A stretch of 64,000 bases of DNA from an uncultured Chloroflexia bacterium. GTDB lineage: Bacteria; Chloroflexota; Limnocylindria; QHBO01. The notes under the pieces are model-generated. The model was not told the origin of the DNA, did no database searches, and saw only the letters and a list, made by a program, of their open reading frames with translations. Positions within the stretch are counted from its first letter, which is position 1. Each line of letters opens with the position of its first letter. The stretch is taken from NCBI GenBank assembly GCA_963816215.1, contig CAWFKB010000011.1, positions 24,003 to 88,002 on the forward strand, in the 5' to 3' direction. The translations under genes were made by a program, and so were the position numbers. This document shows positions 47,169-59,334 of this stretch, piece by piece.

Positions 47169-47218
47169 AATCACAGGCTCCGCGCCTGGTGCGGAGCGCA
47201 GAGGAGGAATCGAACACC

Positions 47219-47443
47219 GTGGAATTCCAACTTCTCGCCGCCGGTCTGGCCATCGGCCTGGGCACCATCGGTCCGGGCATTGGCATCGGGATCGGCTTCA
47301 GCAAGGCCATGGAGGCCATCGGTCGCAACCCGGACGCGTCGGGCACCCTGTTCGTGCCCTACATCCTGGGACTGGCGCTGACCGAGGCCATGGCCATCTA
47401 CGCCCTGGTCATCGGCCTCATCCTGATCTTCGCGGTCAGCTGA
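47219..47443 (+). CDS. atpE: F0F1 ATP synthase subunit c
   Basis: GTG after GAGGAGGA. GLGTIGPGIGIGIG loop-flanking helix and LALTEAMAIYALV with the carboxylate Glu. 74 aa. Confidence 0.9.
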   Translation: MEFQLLAAGLAIGLGTIGPGIGIGIGFSKAMEAIGRNPDASGTLFVPYILGLALTEAMAIYALVIGLILIFAVS

Positions 47444-47453
47444 GCGTCCGGCC

Positions 47454-47951
47454 ATGGCTTTCTTCGAGGCATTCGGCGTCGACGTTCTGAAGCTCGCCTT
47501 CCAGATCGTCAACTTCCTGATCCTCCTGTACCTGCTCAACCGCTTCCTGTTCAAGCCCGGCCTGAAACGGATCGACGAGCGGCAGCAGAAGCTCAGCGAG
47601 GGGCTGGAGAACGCCGAGGCAGCCGCCCGTGACCGGGAGCTGGCTCGTGCCGAGCGGGAGGCCGCCATGGCCGAGGCTCGCCGCGAGGCGGAGGCCATGG
47701 TCCAGCGCGCGGCCAAGACGGCCGAAGCCACGAGTGCCGACATCCTGGCCAAGGCCCGCACCGACGCGGAGCAGATCACGGCCCGCGCCCGGGACGAGAT
47801 CGCGGCGGAGAAGGATCGAGCCCTGGCCGAGATCCGCGGGGAGGTCGCCGACCTCGCCCTGGAGGCCGCGGGCAAGCTCGTGGGATCCGAGATGAACGAG
47901 CCCACCCAGCGCCGCCTGGTGGAGCAGTTCCTGGCGGAGAACCGCAACTGA
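47454..47951 (+). CDS. atpF: F0F1 ATP synthase subunit b
   Basis: N-terminal TM helix followed by a long charged coiled coil. Operon position. Confidence 0.88.
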   Translation: MAFFEAFGVDVLKLAFQIVNFLILLYLLNRFLFKPGLKRIDERQQKLSEGLENAEAAARDRELARAEREAAMAEARREAEAMVQRAAKTAEATSADILAKARTDAEQITARARDEIAAEKDRALAEIRGEVADLALEAAGKLVGSEMNEPTQRRLVEQFLAENRN

Positions 47952-47954
47952 CCG

Positions 47955-48491
47955 ATGGCTGGACGCGACACCGCCGCTCGCCGCTACGCCGAGGCCGCCT
48001 TCCAGGTGGCCCGGGATGACCGTGCCCTCGACGCCTGGCAGGCGGACCTGGGTGTGTTGACCGAGGCGGCAGCGATTCCCGCGCTGCGCGAGGTGTTCGA
48101 GCATCCCGCCATTCCGTTCGCGGAGAAGGAGCGCGTCCTCCGACGAGCCGTCACCGACGTGGCCACCGGACCGATGAACCTGGTCCTGCTCATGATTCGC
48201 CGGGGCCGCCCCGCAGCCATTCCCCGCATGCGCCAGCACTTCGAAGAGCTGGTGCGGCGCGACCGAGGGATAGCCCGGGCCGAGGTTCGCACCGCGCTCC
48301 CACTGGGAGACGAAGAGCGGGCCGAGCTGGAACGGACCGTGGAGCGCCTCGCCGGGCGTCAGGTGGAGATCACCGAGGTGGTGGATCCGGGCCTGATCGG
48401 TGGGGTGGCGGTCCGGATCGGCGACCAACTGTATGACGCGAGCGTCCGAAGCCGGCTGGAACGGCTCCGGGCGCGCCTGACCACGATCTGA
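47955..48491 (+). CDS. atpH: F0F1 ATP synthase subunit delta
   Basis: [12 protein letters not shown] start typical of OSCP/delta. Operon position. Confidence 0.88.
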   Translation: MAGRDTAARRYAEAAFQVARDDRALDAWQADLGVLTEAAAIPALREVFEHPAIPFAEKERVLRRAVTDVATGPMNLVLLMIRRGRPAAIPRMRQHFEELVRRDRGIARAEVRTALPLGDEERAELERTVERLAGRQVEITEVVDPGLIGGVAVRIGDQLYDASVRSRLERLRARLTTI

Positions 48492-48505
48492 GGAGAACCG
48501 TTCGC

Positions 48506-50034
48506 ATGGCCATTCGCTCCGATGAGATCACGTCGATCATTCGCGACGAGATCCGCAGCTTCACCGAGGGCGCCGACGTCGCCGGTGTCGGCACCATCGT
48601 GGAGGTGGGCGACGGCATCGCCCAGATCTACGGCCTGTCGGGCGCGCTCGCCTCGGAGCTGCTCGAGTTCCCCGGTGGGGTCATGGGCATGGCCTTCAAC
48701 CTCGAGGAGGAGACGGTCGGCGCCCTGATCCTGGGCGACTACACCGGCCTCAAGGAGGGCGACCAGGTCAAGACCACCGGGCGCGTGGTCCAGGTGCCGG
48801 TCGGGGACGCGCTCATCGGTCGGGTGGTGGACCCGCTCGGGAACCCGCTGGACGGCAAGGGACCCATCGAAACCAGCCAGTTCCGCCCTGTGGAGCGGAT
48901 CGCCCCCGGCGTCATCGTCCGCCAGCCGGTGGACACCCCGGTCCAGACCGGGATCAAGGCCATCGACTCCATGATCCCGATCGGGCGGGGCCAGCGTGAG
49001 CTGATCCTGGGCGACCGCCAGACCGGCAAGACGGCGATCGCGGTCGACACGATCATCAACCAGAAAGGGCAGGACCTCATCTGCGTGTACGTGGCCATCG
49101 GACAGAAGCTGTCGACCGTGGCCCAGATCGTGGCCCAGCTCGAAGAGCACGGGGCCATGGGCCACTCGATCGTGGTCGTTGCCGGCGCCTCGGATCCCGC
49201 CCCCATCCAGTTCCTGGCCCCCTACGCCGGGGCCGCCATGGGCGAGGAGTTCATGGAGAACGGTCGGGATGCCCTGTGCATCTACGACGACCTGTCCAAG
49301 CACGCCTGGGCCTACCGCCAGGTGTCGCTCCTCATGCGCCGCCCGCCGGGTCGCGAGGCGTACCCGGGCGACATCTTCTATGCGCACTCTCGTCTGCTGG
49401 AGCGGGCGGCCCGGATGGGCGAGGAGCATGGCGGCGGCTCGCTGACCGCCCTGCCCATCATCGAGACCCAGGCCGGCGACCTGTCGGCCTACATCCCGAC
49501 CAACGTGATCAGCATCACCGACGGCCAGATCCACATGCAGACCGACCTGTTCAACCAGGGCCAGCGCCCGGCGGTGAACGCCGGCCTGAGCGTGAGCCGG
49601 GTGGGTGGCAACGCGCAGATCAAGGCCATGCGCCAGGTCGCCGGTCGCCTCCGCCTGGACCTGGCCCAGTACCGCGAGCTGGCCGCGTTCGCGCAGTTCG
49701 CCTCGGACCTGGACAAGGCCACCCGTGACCAGCTGACCCGCGGCGAGAAGCTGACCGAGATCCTCAAGCAGCCCCAGTTCGCCCCGCTCTCGGTGGAGCG
49801 CCAGGTGGCGATCATCTGGGCCGGCACGAACGGCTTCCTCGACGACGTGCCCACGCCCAAGGTCAAGGAGTTCGAAACCGGGTTCTATCGGTTCCTCGAC
49901 CAGAACCACGCCACGCTGCTCCCGACCATCGCCTCGGAGAAGGCCATCTCCGACGCGTCGCAGGACGCGCTGAAGGCCGCGGTTGCCGCGTACCGGCGCG
50001 ACGCCGGCTTCGGAGCGGAGGAGTCCGCGGCCTG

Positions 50035-50035
<1 letters not shown>
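48506..50035 (+). CDS. atpA: F0F1 ATP synthase subunit alpha
   Basis: Walker [10 protein letters not shown], 509 aa. Confidence 0.97.
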
Positions 50036-52744
<2,709 letters not shown>

Positions 52745-52758
52745 CCGATACTGGTCCG

Positions 52759-52947
52759 GTGAGCGACCAGCCAGACAAGCCGTTCCGACGGATGCAGGAG
52801 TTCCGGAAGATCAGCCGGGACTACCCGTTCATCTGTCCGGTGGACTTCAAGCCGCATCGCGGGTCGCCCCCCGGATCAGACCCCAACCTGGATCCCGAGT
52901 TCGTCGCGGGCCACCGCGAGGACGACGGCGACCACTACCTGGGTTGA
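52759..52947 (+). CDS. Hypothetical small protein
   Basis: 62 codons starting at GTG, with high third-position GC. No recognisable motif. Confidence 0.4.
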   Translation: MSDQPDKPFRRMQEFRKISRDYPFICPVDFKPHRGSPPGSDPNLDPEFVAGHREDDGDHYLG

Positions 52948-52960
52948 CTGACAGGCCGCG

Positions 52961-53287
52961 ATGCTGAGCTGCGAACGGTGCGGGGCGCGGAGCGGGGCCC
53001 TGCCGGTACGGATCGACATCGTGCGCGAGAGCGGCCCGATCGGCATGGGCGGCGGTCCGGACCTGGTGGGCAGCCCTAACTTCACCCGCCGCTTCGCGTT
53101 CTGCTCCAGCGCGCACCTGTACGAGTGGCTGCGCGAGAATCGGTACATGCTGTGCAACCGTCAGCCAACCGGGGTCGAGGAAGGGATGCAACCGTTGCTG
53201 CCCTCGCGCCACATGGGTGGCCGGCTGGGCCTGTGTGACGGGCACCACCTGGGTGGTCACGAATGGAAGGAGGCATGGCCCGCGTAG
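52961..53287 (+). CDS. Hypothetical small protein with N-terminal CxxC
   Basis: 108 codons. [12 protein letters not shown]...[13 protein letters not shown]. The first two thirds look coding and the 3' third is less convincing. Confidence 0.35.
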   Translation: MLSCERCGARSGALPVRIDIVRESGPIGMGGGPDLVGSPNFTRRFAFCSSAHLYEWLRENRYMLCNRQPTGVEEGMQPLLPSRHMGGRLGLCDGHHLGGHEWKEAWPA

Positions 53288-53296
53288 GGCTGTCCG

Positions 53297-54574
53297 ATGG
53301 ATCGCTTCGTGATCGAAGGCGGAGTGCCGCTCAAGGGCGAGGTCCGGGTGGCCGGCGCCAAGAACGCCGTGCTGAAGATGATGGCGGCGGCCATCCTGAC
53401 CGACGAGCCGGTCGTGCTCCGCAACGTGCCGCAGATCAGCGACGTGGCGATCATGCGCGAGACGATGGCCGACATCGGCTTTGGCTGGACCGATGTCGAC
53501 GAGCACACGCTGGCCCTCTCGGACCGCGGCCCCGAATGGCTGTTCGTGCCGCTCGAGGCAGCCATGAAGATGCGCTCCTCGTTCATCCTGCTGGGCCCCC
53601 TCCTGGCCCGCCACGGTCGGGTGATCATCAGCAACCCCGGCGGCGACCGGATCGGGCGCCGCCCGGTGGACCTCCACGTCGAGGCCATGCACGCCCTGGG
53701 CGCGGAGATCGAGTACCGCAACGGCTATTACTTCGCGCGCGCCCGGCGGCTGCGCGGCGCCCGGATCACGTTCCCCTACGTGACGGTCATGGGCACCGAG
53801 AACGCCATGCTGGCGGCCACCCTGGCCGAGGGCCTCACCGTGATCGAGAACGCCGCCCAGGAGCCGGAAGTGGACGACCTGATCGCCATGTTGGTGAGCA
53901 TGGGCGCGCGCATTCGGCGCACTGCCCCGCACGTCGTCGAGGTGGAGGGCGTGGCCGAGCTGGGTGGTGTGGAGCACACGGTCCTCGGCGACCGCGTGGA
54001 AGCGGGAACCTTCGCGGTGGGCGCCGCCGCGACCGGAGGCGAGGTGACGATCACCGGCTTCGACCCCGCGCACCTGGGGGCCTTCGCCGAGGTCATGACC
54101 GCCATGGGCGTAGCCCACGAGCCATTCGCCGCCAACGGGGAGCGCGGGATCCGGGTCCGCGGGGGCGCTCCCGACGGGTATCGCGCCACGTCGGTCGAGA
54201 CGGAGCCGTACCCAGGCCTCGCGACCGACCTCCAGGCCCCGCTCGCCGTCCTGATGACCCAGGCCGATGGCGAGAGCACGATCCACGAAACGATCTACGA
54301 GGACCGCCTCGAGTACACGACCGAGCTGGTGAAGATGGGGGCCGTGATCGAGGTCACCGACGCGACCCACGCCAGGATTGCCGGACCCACCCCGCTCCAC
54401 GGCCGCACCGTCCAGATCCCGGACCTGCGGGCCGGAGCCACCCTGGTGCTGGCGGCGTTGGCTGCCGAGGGCACCAGCGCGATCAGCGGAGTGGAGCACG
54501 TCGACCGCGGATACGACGCGTTCGAGGCCAAGCTGGTGGGCCTCGGAGCCCGCATCAGCCGCGTCGGGGACTGA
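53297..54574 (+). CDS. murA: UDP-N-acetylglucosamine 1-carboxyvinyltransferase MurA (Asp at the usual Cys position)
   Basis: [34 protein letters not shown]. The active-site loop is [15 protein letters not shown]. Confidence 0.95.
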   Translation: MDRFVIEGGVPLKGEVRVAGAKNAVLKMMAAAILTDEPVVLRNVPQISDVAIMRETMADIGFGWTDVDEHTLALSDRGPEWLFVPLEAAMKMRSSFILLGPLLARHGRVIISNPGGDRIGRRPVDLHVEAMHALGAEIEYRNGYYFARARRLRGARITFPYVTVMGTENAMLAATLAEGLTVIENAAQEPEVDDLIAMLVSMGARIRRTAPHVVEVEGVAELGGVEHTVLGDRVEAGTFAVGAAATGGEVTITGFDPAHLGAFAEVMTAMGVAHEPFAANGERGIRVRGGAPDGYRATSVETEPYPGLATDLQAPLAVLMTQADGESTIHETIYEDRLEYTTELVKMGAVIEVTDATHARIAGPTPLHGRTVQIPDLRAGATLVLAALAAEGTSAISGVEHVDRGYDAFEAKLVGLGARISRVGD

Positions 54575-54669
54575 CCGACCCGAGATCGGGCAGGGCATCG
54601 GTACAATCAGCGCCCACCCGCCCCGCCCCAATCCCCTCCAGGACCCTGCATGACCCGTCCGGCCACGCC

Positions 54670-55665
54670 ATGAAGATCGGTATCGACCTCGGCACCGCCA
54701 ACATCCTGGTCTACGTCCAGGGCAAGGGCGTGGTCCTCAACGAGCCGTCGGTGGTGGCCATCTCCGATGACGACAACCGCCTCCTGGCCGTCGGAGAAGA
54801 GGCGCGCGAGATGATCGGTCGCACGCCGGGGAACGTTCGGGCCATCCGCCCCATGCGCGATGGGGTCATTGCGGACTACCTCATCACTGAGGCCATGCTT
54901 CGCTACGTGATCAACAAGGTGACCCGGGTCCGCATCTTTCGCCCCGACGTGATGATCAGCGTGCCGTCAGGCGTGACCAGCGTGGAGAAGCGCGCGGTGC
55001 GCGATGCCGCCCTCAAGGCCGGGGCCAGGAACGCATTCCTGATCGAGGAGCCGCTGGCCGCGGCGATCGGGGCCAACATCCCGATCAGCGGGCCGTCGGG
55101 GAACATGATCATCGACATCGGCGGCGGCACCACCGAGATCGCGGTCATCGCGCTGGGGGGGATCGTCGTGTCCGAATCGGTCCGGGTCGGCGGCAACCGG
55201 CTGGATGAAGCGATCGCGTCGTACATCCGGCGCAAGTACAACCTCATGATCGGCGAGCGGACGGCGGAGGAGGTGAAGATCAGGATCGGTTCGGCGTTGC
55301 CGCTCAGCGAACCACTCCAGATGGAGGTCAAGGGTCGGGATCTGATCGCCGGCCTGCCGCGGACCATCCCGCTCGCCAGTGGCGAGGTCACCGAGGCTAT
55401 CGAGCAGCCCCTCCAGCAGATCATCTCGGCCGTGCGCGGCGTGCTCGAGCAGACGCCGCCCGAGCTGGCCAGCGACATCATCGACAAGGGGATGGTCATG
55501 TCCGGTGGGGGCAGCCTGCTGCGCAACCTCGACACCCTGTTGACCCAGGTGACCGGGATCCCGTGCCTGGTGGCCGAGAACCCGCTGAACTCGGTCGCGG
55601 TGGGGACCGGCCGTGCGCTGGAGCAGTTCGGGACGTTCCGCAAGAGCCTGGTGAGCAGCTCGTGA
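54670..55665 (+). CDS. mreB: Rod shape-determining actin homologue MreB
   Basis: [40 protein letters not shown]. Only the last 331 codons of track ORF 53263..55665 are real. Confidence 0.95.
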   Translation: MKIGIDLGTANILVYVQGKGVVLNEPSVVAISDDDNRLLAVGEEAREMIGRTPGNVRAIRPMRDGVIADYLITEAMLRYVINKVTRVRIFRPDVMISVPSGVTSVEKRAVRDAALKAGARNAFLIEEPLAAAIGANIPISGPSGNMIIDIGGGTTEIAVIALGGIVVSESVRVGGNRLDEAIASYIRRKYNLMIGERTAEEVKIRIGSALPLSEPLQMEVKGRDLIAGLPRTIPLASGEVTEAIEQPLQQIISAVRGVLEQTPPELASDIIDKGMVMSGGGSLLRNLDTLLTQVTGIPCLVAENPLNSVAVGTGRALEQFGTFRKSLVSSS

Positions 55666-56420
55666 CCGCGACCGTGGCCGCGCAGGCCCCCGCGCGGGAG
55701 GCGACGGGGCCGGACAACCGCGGGCTGGCGTTCGCCGACTTTCACTGCCATACCCGCCACAGCCCCGATTCGCGGCTGGGCGAAGACCGCTTCGTCGAGC
55801 TGGCCATCGAGCGCGGATTGACCCACGTGGCGGTCACCGACCACAACACGATCGAGGGCTCGGTGGCGGTCCGCGCACGGGTTGCCGAGCGCGATGACGA
55901 GGAGCGGCTGACCGTGATCCTGGGCGAGGAGGTGTCGAGCGCCGATGGCGAGATCGTGGCCCTGTTCATCGAGGCCACCGTCCCGCGCGACCTGAGCGCC
56001 GAGGCCACCGCCGATGCGATCCATGCCCAGGGCGGCCTCGTGTCGGTGCCGCACCCGTTCGACCCGTTCCGCAAATCGCACATCCGTCCCGAGCCCCTCG
56101 AGCGGCTGGCTGCCAGCGGCCGGATCGACATGATCGAGGTCTTCAACAGCCGGGTGACCCTGGGGCGACACAACGAGCTGTCCGCGGAGTTCGCGACGCG
56201 GCACGGGATCCCAGCCATCGCGTGCTCCGACTCCCACACGGCCATGGAAGTGGCAATGAGCTTCAACGCTCTGCCCGTCTTCGACGGCGCGGCTGGGCTT
56301 CGGTCGTCGTTGGCCCGCAACGAATGGCACGGCAGTCGTACGACCAAGCTCGTCCACCTCGGGACGCGATGGGCCGCCGCCGCCAACTGGGTGGAGCGTC
56401 GGGGCGGCCCGGACCGATGA
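55662..56420 (+). CDS. PHP-domain metal-dependent phosphoesterase
   Basis: [42 protein letters not shown] overlap with the mreB stop. Confidence 0.75.
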   Translation: MTATVAAQAPAREATGPDNRGLAFADFHCHTRHSPDSRLGEDRFVELAIERGLTHVAVTDHNTIEGSVAVRARVAERDDEERLTVILGEEVSSADGEIVALFIEATVPRDLSAEATADAIHAQGGLVSVPHPFDPFRKSHIRPEPLERLAASGRIDMIEVFNSRVTLGRHNELSAEFATRHGIPAIACSDSHTAMEVAMSFNALPVFDGAAGLRSSLARNEWHGSRTTKLVHLGTRWAAAANWVERRGGPDR

Positions 56421-57529
56421 CCGACGAAGAGCCGCGCGGCCATTCGGTCTACGAGCCGAGCGAGTTCCTGGGCGCGCCGGCATCGGAGGTCATCCCCGAG
56501 AGCGAGGTCTCGCTGGCCCAGCGCTTCCTCAACGTGCGGACCATCGGGTCGCTGGTCTTCGCGGTCCTCCTCTTGTTTCTCTTTTTCAAGGTCGTCCTGG
56601 ACATCGACTTCGGGGCGACGCTCGACCTCATCCGGGGAGCGAATCCCGCGCTGCTGCTCGCCGCACTGGTCGTCTACTACCTGACGTTTCCCATCCGCGG
56701 CGGTCGCTGGTGGTACATCCTGCGCAAGGTCGGGACCGAGGTCCGCTACTGGATGGCGACCGAGATCCTGTTCCTGTCGTGGTTCGTGAACTGCCTGGTG
56801 CCCGCCAAGCTGGGCGACCTGTACCGGGCCTTCCTGCTCAAGGGAAACATCGGTGCGTCCGCGTCCAAGACGGTGGGCACGATCTTCGTGGAGCGGATCG
56901 CGGACATCGTCGTCATCTTCGTGCTGGTCCTGGCCGCGGGCTTCTGGAGCTTCCGCGGACGCCAGCGCCCCGAGCTCGACTTCATCTTCGTGGCCGGATT
57001 CCTGGTCGCGTCCACCCTGCTCCTGCTCCTGCTGGTGCTCCGATTCGCGGGTCAGCACGTCGAGCGGATCCTTCCGAATCGGGTGGCGGGGTTCTATGCC
57101 CGCTTCCGCGAGGGGAGCACGGCCGCGTTGACGCCGCGCGCCATCTCGGTCATCGGTTCGGCCACGATCGTCATCTGGCTGGCGGAAGGGCTGCGCGTGT
57201 TCTTCGTCCTCAAGGCCCTCGACCTCCCGGACGCGCAGCTGGGGATTTCCGCCGCCATCTTCGTCGCGCTGGTGGCGGCTCTGCTCACCGCCATCCCGCT
57301 GACCCCGGCCGGGATCGGTTTCGTGGAGGCGGGGATCGTGGGCGCGCTGACCCTGTACGGCGTCAGTCCCGAGTCCGCCGTGGCGATCGCCCTCACCGAC
57401 CGTGCCATCTCGATCCTGTCGGTCATCGTGCTGGGTGGCATCGACTACGTCCGCAGCCCGCTCGTGCGACGCGCTCACCGCGCCGGCCTGGGCAACCCGC
57501 CGGCACCCGAGGCGCTGACCGGCGGCTGA
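56417..57529 (+). CDS. UPF0104 / lysylphosphatidylglycerol synthase TM-region (flippase-like) family membrane protein
   Basis: Polytopic protein. PIRGGRWWYILR, VPAKLGDLYRAFLLK, TPAGIGFVEAG are typical of the family. ATGA overlap with the PHP gene. Confidence 0.7.
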   Translation: MTDEEPRGHSVYEPSEFLGAPASEVIPESEVSLAQRFLNVRTIGSLVFAVLLLFLFFKVVLDIDFGATLDLIRGANPALLLAALVVYYLTFPIRGGRWWYILRKVGTEVRYWMATEILFLSWFVNCLVPAKLGDLYRAFLLKGNIGASASKTVGTIFVERIADIVVIFVLVLAAGFWSFRGRQRPELDFIFVAGFLVASTLLLLLLVLRFAGQHVERILPNRVAGFYARFREGSTAALTPRAISVIGSATIVIWLAEGLRVFFVLKALDLPDAQLGISAAIFVALVAALLTAIPLTPAGIGFVEAGIVGALTLYGVSPESAVAIALTDRAISILSVIVLGGIDYVRSPLVRRAHRAGLGNPPAPEALTGG

Positions 57530-57594
57530 GTCGGTACCTTCGTCCCATTGAGGCGATTCGCCTCGAAGGGGATGCTTCGGGTGCGCGCACGCAC

Positions 57595-57611
57595 CACCTG
57601 CGTTGCAGGTG
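57595..57611. promoter_or_regulatory. Inverted repeat CACCTGC-GTT-GCAGGTG upstream of the XRE regulator gene
   Basis: 7-3-7 perfect palindrome, 25 nt upstream of ATG 57636. It is preceded by the palindrome GTGCGCGCAC (57581-57590) and the hairpin GAGGCG-ATT-CGCCTC (57550-57564). Confidence 0.3.
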
Positions 57612-57635
57612 ACGCGCGCCGTACGAGCCTCGTGG

Positions 57636-58073
57636 ATGACGCTCCAGACGCCACGTTCCTTCAACAGCTGGCTTCGCGGCCAGCTGAAGGAAAAGAAGAT
57701 GAGCCAGCGTCAGCTGGCGCTGCAGTCGGGGGTCGATCATTCGACCATTTCCCGGCTCATCAAGGGCGACCGTATGCCGTCGCTGGGAACCGCCACCAAG
57801 CTGGCGCGAGGCCTGCGCGAGATCCATGACGAGTCGGAAGGGCCGACCTACTTCGCCGGTTTGGCCGCTCGTCAGCCCATGCCCACCAGCCGTGTCGAGT
57901 ACGCCCTCCGCGGTGACGAGCTGCTGACCGATACGGATGTCCGCGAGCTGATGCAGGTCTACATCACCGTCCGGTCGCGACGAATGCGGCCCGGCGCGCC
58001 GGGCCACGACGTGGGCCGCGCCGAATCAAACGGCGACGGCGCGTCCGCCGCCGAGGTCCGCTCCCGCTCCTGA
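57636..58073 (+). CDS. XRE family helix-turn-helix transcriptional regulator
   Basis: FNSWLRGQLKEKKMSQRQLALQSGVDHSTISRLIKGDRMPS. Confidence 0.7.
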   Translation: MTLQTPRSFNSWLRGQLKEKKMSQRQLALQSGVDHSTISRLIKGDRMPSLGTATKLARGLREIHDESEGPTYFAGLAARQPMPTSRVEYALRGDELLTDTDVRELMQVYITVRSRRMRPGAPGHDVGRAESNGDGASAAEVRSRS

Positions 58074-58110
58074 GCCGTGCGGGCGTCCGCCCGTCTGGTA
58101 GCGTGCTTGC

Positions 58111-58245
58111 GTGACCGACCCTGAGCCCGAGGGCGTCCAGCCCGCAAGCGGACCCGATCTGCTGACGATCGCGCTGCTCGTGTTCTTCATCGCGCTGATC
58201 GGGATCGTGGCGGCTCTGCTCCTCCTGCCCATCCTGGCCGGCTGA
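58111..58245 (+). CDS. Possible 44-aa single-TM peptide
   Basis: GTG...TGA. VTDPEPEGVQPASGPDLLTIALLVFFIALIGIVAALLLLPILAG. Third-position GC is about 89 percent. It is below the ORF-track length cutoff. Confidence 0.4.
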   Translation: MTDPEPEGVQPASGPDLLTIALLVFFIALIGIVAALLLLPILAG

Positions 58246-58278
58246 GCCCTCCGCCGCCCAGCGGCGCCTGAACCCGGG

Positions 58279-58935
58279 TCAGACCTCGCGCGCGATCGCG
58301 AACCCGTAGACGGCGGTGATCCCGGCCGCGCGCAGGACTCCTGCGCCGGCTTCCAGGGTGGCTCCCGTGGTCAGGATGTCGTCCACCAGGATCACCGTCA
58401 TGCGCTCCACCTCCCCGGGCGGCTTGGCCGGGCTGACTCCCATGGCGTCGCGCAGGTTGCGCAGTCGGGTAGCGCGATCGAGCCCGTGCTGCCGGGCGGT
58501 TGCGCGCCGCCTGATGAGCCCCGGCCAGACGCTCGTCCGCGTCTGCCGGCCCAGGCGCTGGGCGAGGAGCGCCGCCTGGTTGTAGCCGCGGTCCCGAAGC
58601 CGTTCCGCATGGAGCGGGATGGGGACCAGGATCGCCGGCCCCGTCTCCCCGAGCAGCCGCCGGAGTGCGGGCCGCGCGAGATCGGCCAGGGGAGCAGCCA
58701 GCCGCGCGCCGCCGCCGTACTTCAGCCGGCGAAGCACCCGTTGGATGGCCTCGTCGTGGGCGAACGCGGCGACGGCCACGATGCACGCGTCACCGACGAG
58801 CACCCCCGGATCCGGGGCGAGGAACCCGTTTGCGCCCAGCTCCCGGAACGACTGGCAGCACAGGCCGCAGATGGCTGACCCGTAGTGACCGCACCCGGCG
58901 CACGAGGGCGGCAGGAGAACGTCCAGGATGGCCAT
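58279..58935 (-). CDS. comF: ComF family protein (phosphoribosyltransferase-like, N-terminal Cys4)
   Basis: PPSCAGCGHYGSAICGLCC, RGYNQAALLA, PRT motif VILVDDILTTGATL. Confidence 0.8.
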   Translation of the reverse strand: MAILDVLLPPSCAGCGHYGSAICGLCCQSFRELGANGFLAPDPGVLVGDACIVAVAAFAHDEAIQRVLRRLKYGGGARLAAPLADLARPALRRLLGETGPAILVPIPLHAERLRDRGYNQAALLAQRLGRQTRTSVWPGLIRRRATARQHGLDRATRLRNLRDAMGVSPAKPPGEVERMTVILVDDILTTGATLEAGAGVLRAAGITAVYGFAIAREV

Positions 58936-58960
58936 GGCCCTGAAGCGTGGCCGGGGCGGC

Positions 58961-59330
58961 TTACTCCCCGCTTACGGCCCGTGTGGCGAGCACGTCGCCG
59001 GGCACCGTTCCAGTCGGGCCGACCGACCCCGCGGGCAGCTCGATGCAATCGCGCGCGCCCCGGACCCAGGCCACGATCCGCCACGGCCGGAGCCGCTCCA
59101 CCACCCGGATCACGCGCCCCGCGTCATCCACGAACACGACGTCGATCGCGTAGCGCATGAAGAACATGTGGATGGACGGGGATCGCTCGATCCACAGGCC
59201 GTCTCCAGGGCCCACCTCGCTCGTCCCCAGCAGCCCCACGGTACGGTCGCGCATCGAGCGCGCGACCCGGCATCTGGTGCGCCAGGACCGTGCCCCGGGC
59301 AGGGTTGCCGACCTCGAGCCAATCGGTCAT
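58961..59330 (-). CDS. DUF192 family protein, reading frame broken near 59255-59280
   Basis: The C-terminal part (track ORF 58961..59254) reads RDRTVGLLGTSEVGPGDGLWIERSPSIHMFFMRYAIDVVFVDDAGRVI...IELPAG. The expected N-terminal strand MTDWLEVGNPARGTVLAHQ is in another frame (track ORF 59124..59357). Confidence 0.6.
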
Positions 59331-59334
59331 TGGG

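Noticed and set aside
46532-47218. 303-aa ORF 46532..47443
   Set aside because: Only the last 74 codons (from GTG 47219, after GAGGAGGA) are subunit c. The rest is an alternative frame of atpB.
53263-55665. 800-aa plus-strand ORF spanning the murA region and mreB
   Set aside because: Only the last 331 codons (from ATG 54670) are MreB. The upstream part is an out-of-frame read through murA with Arg/Gly/Pro composition.
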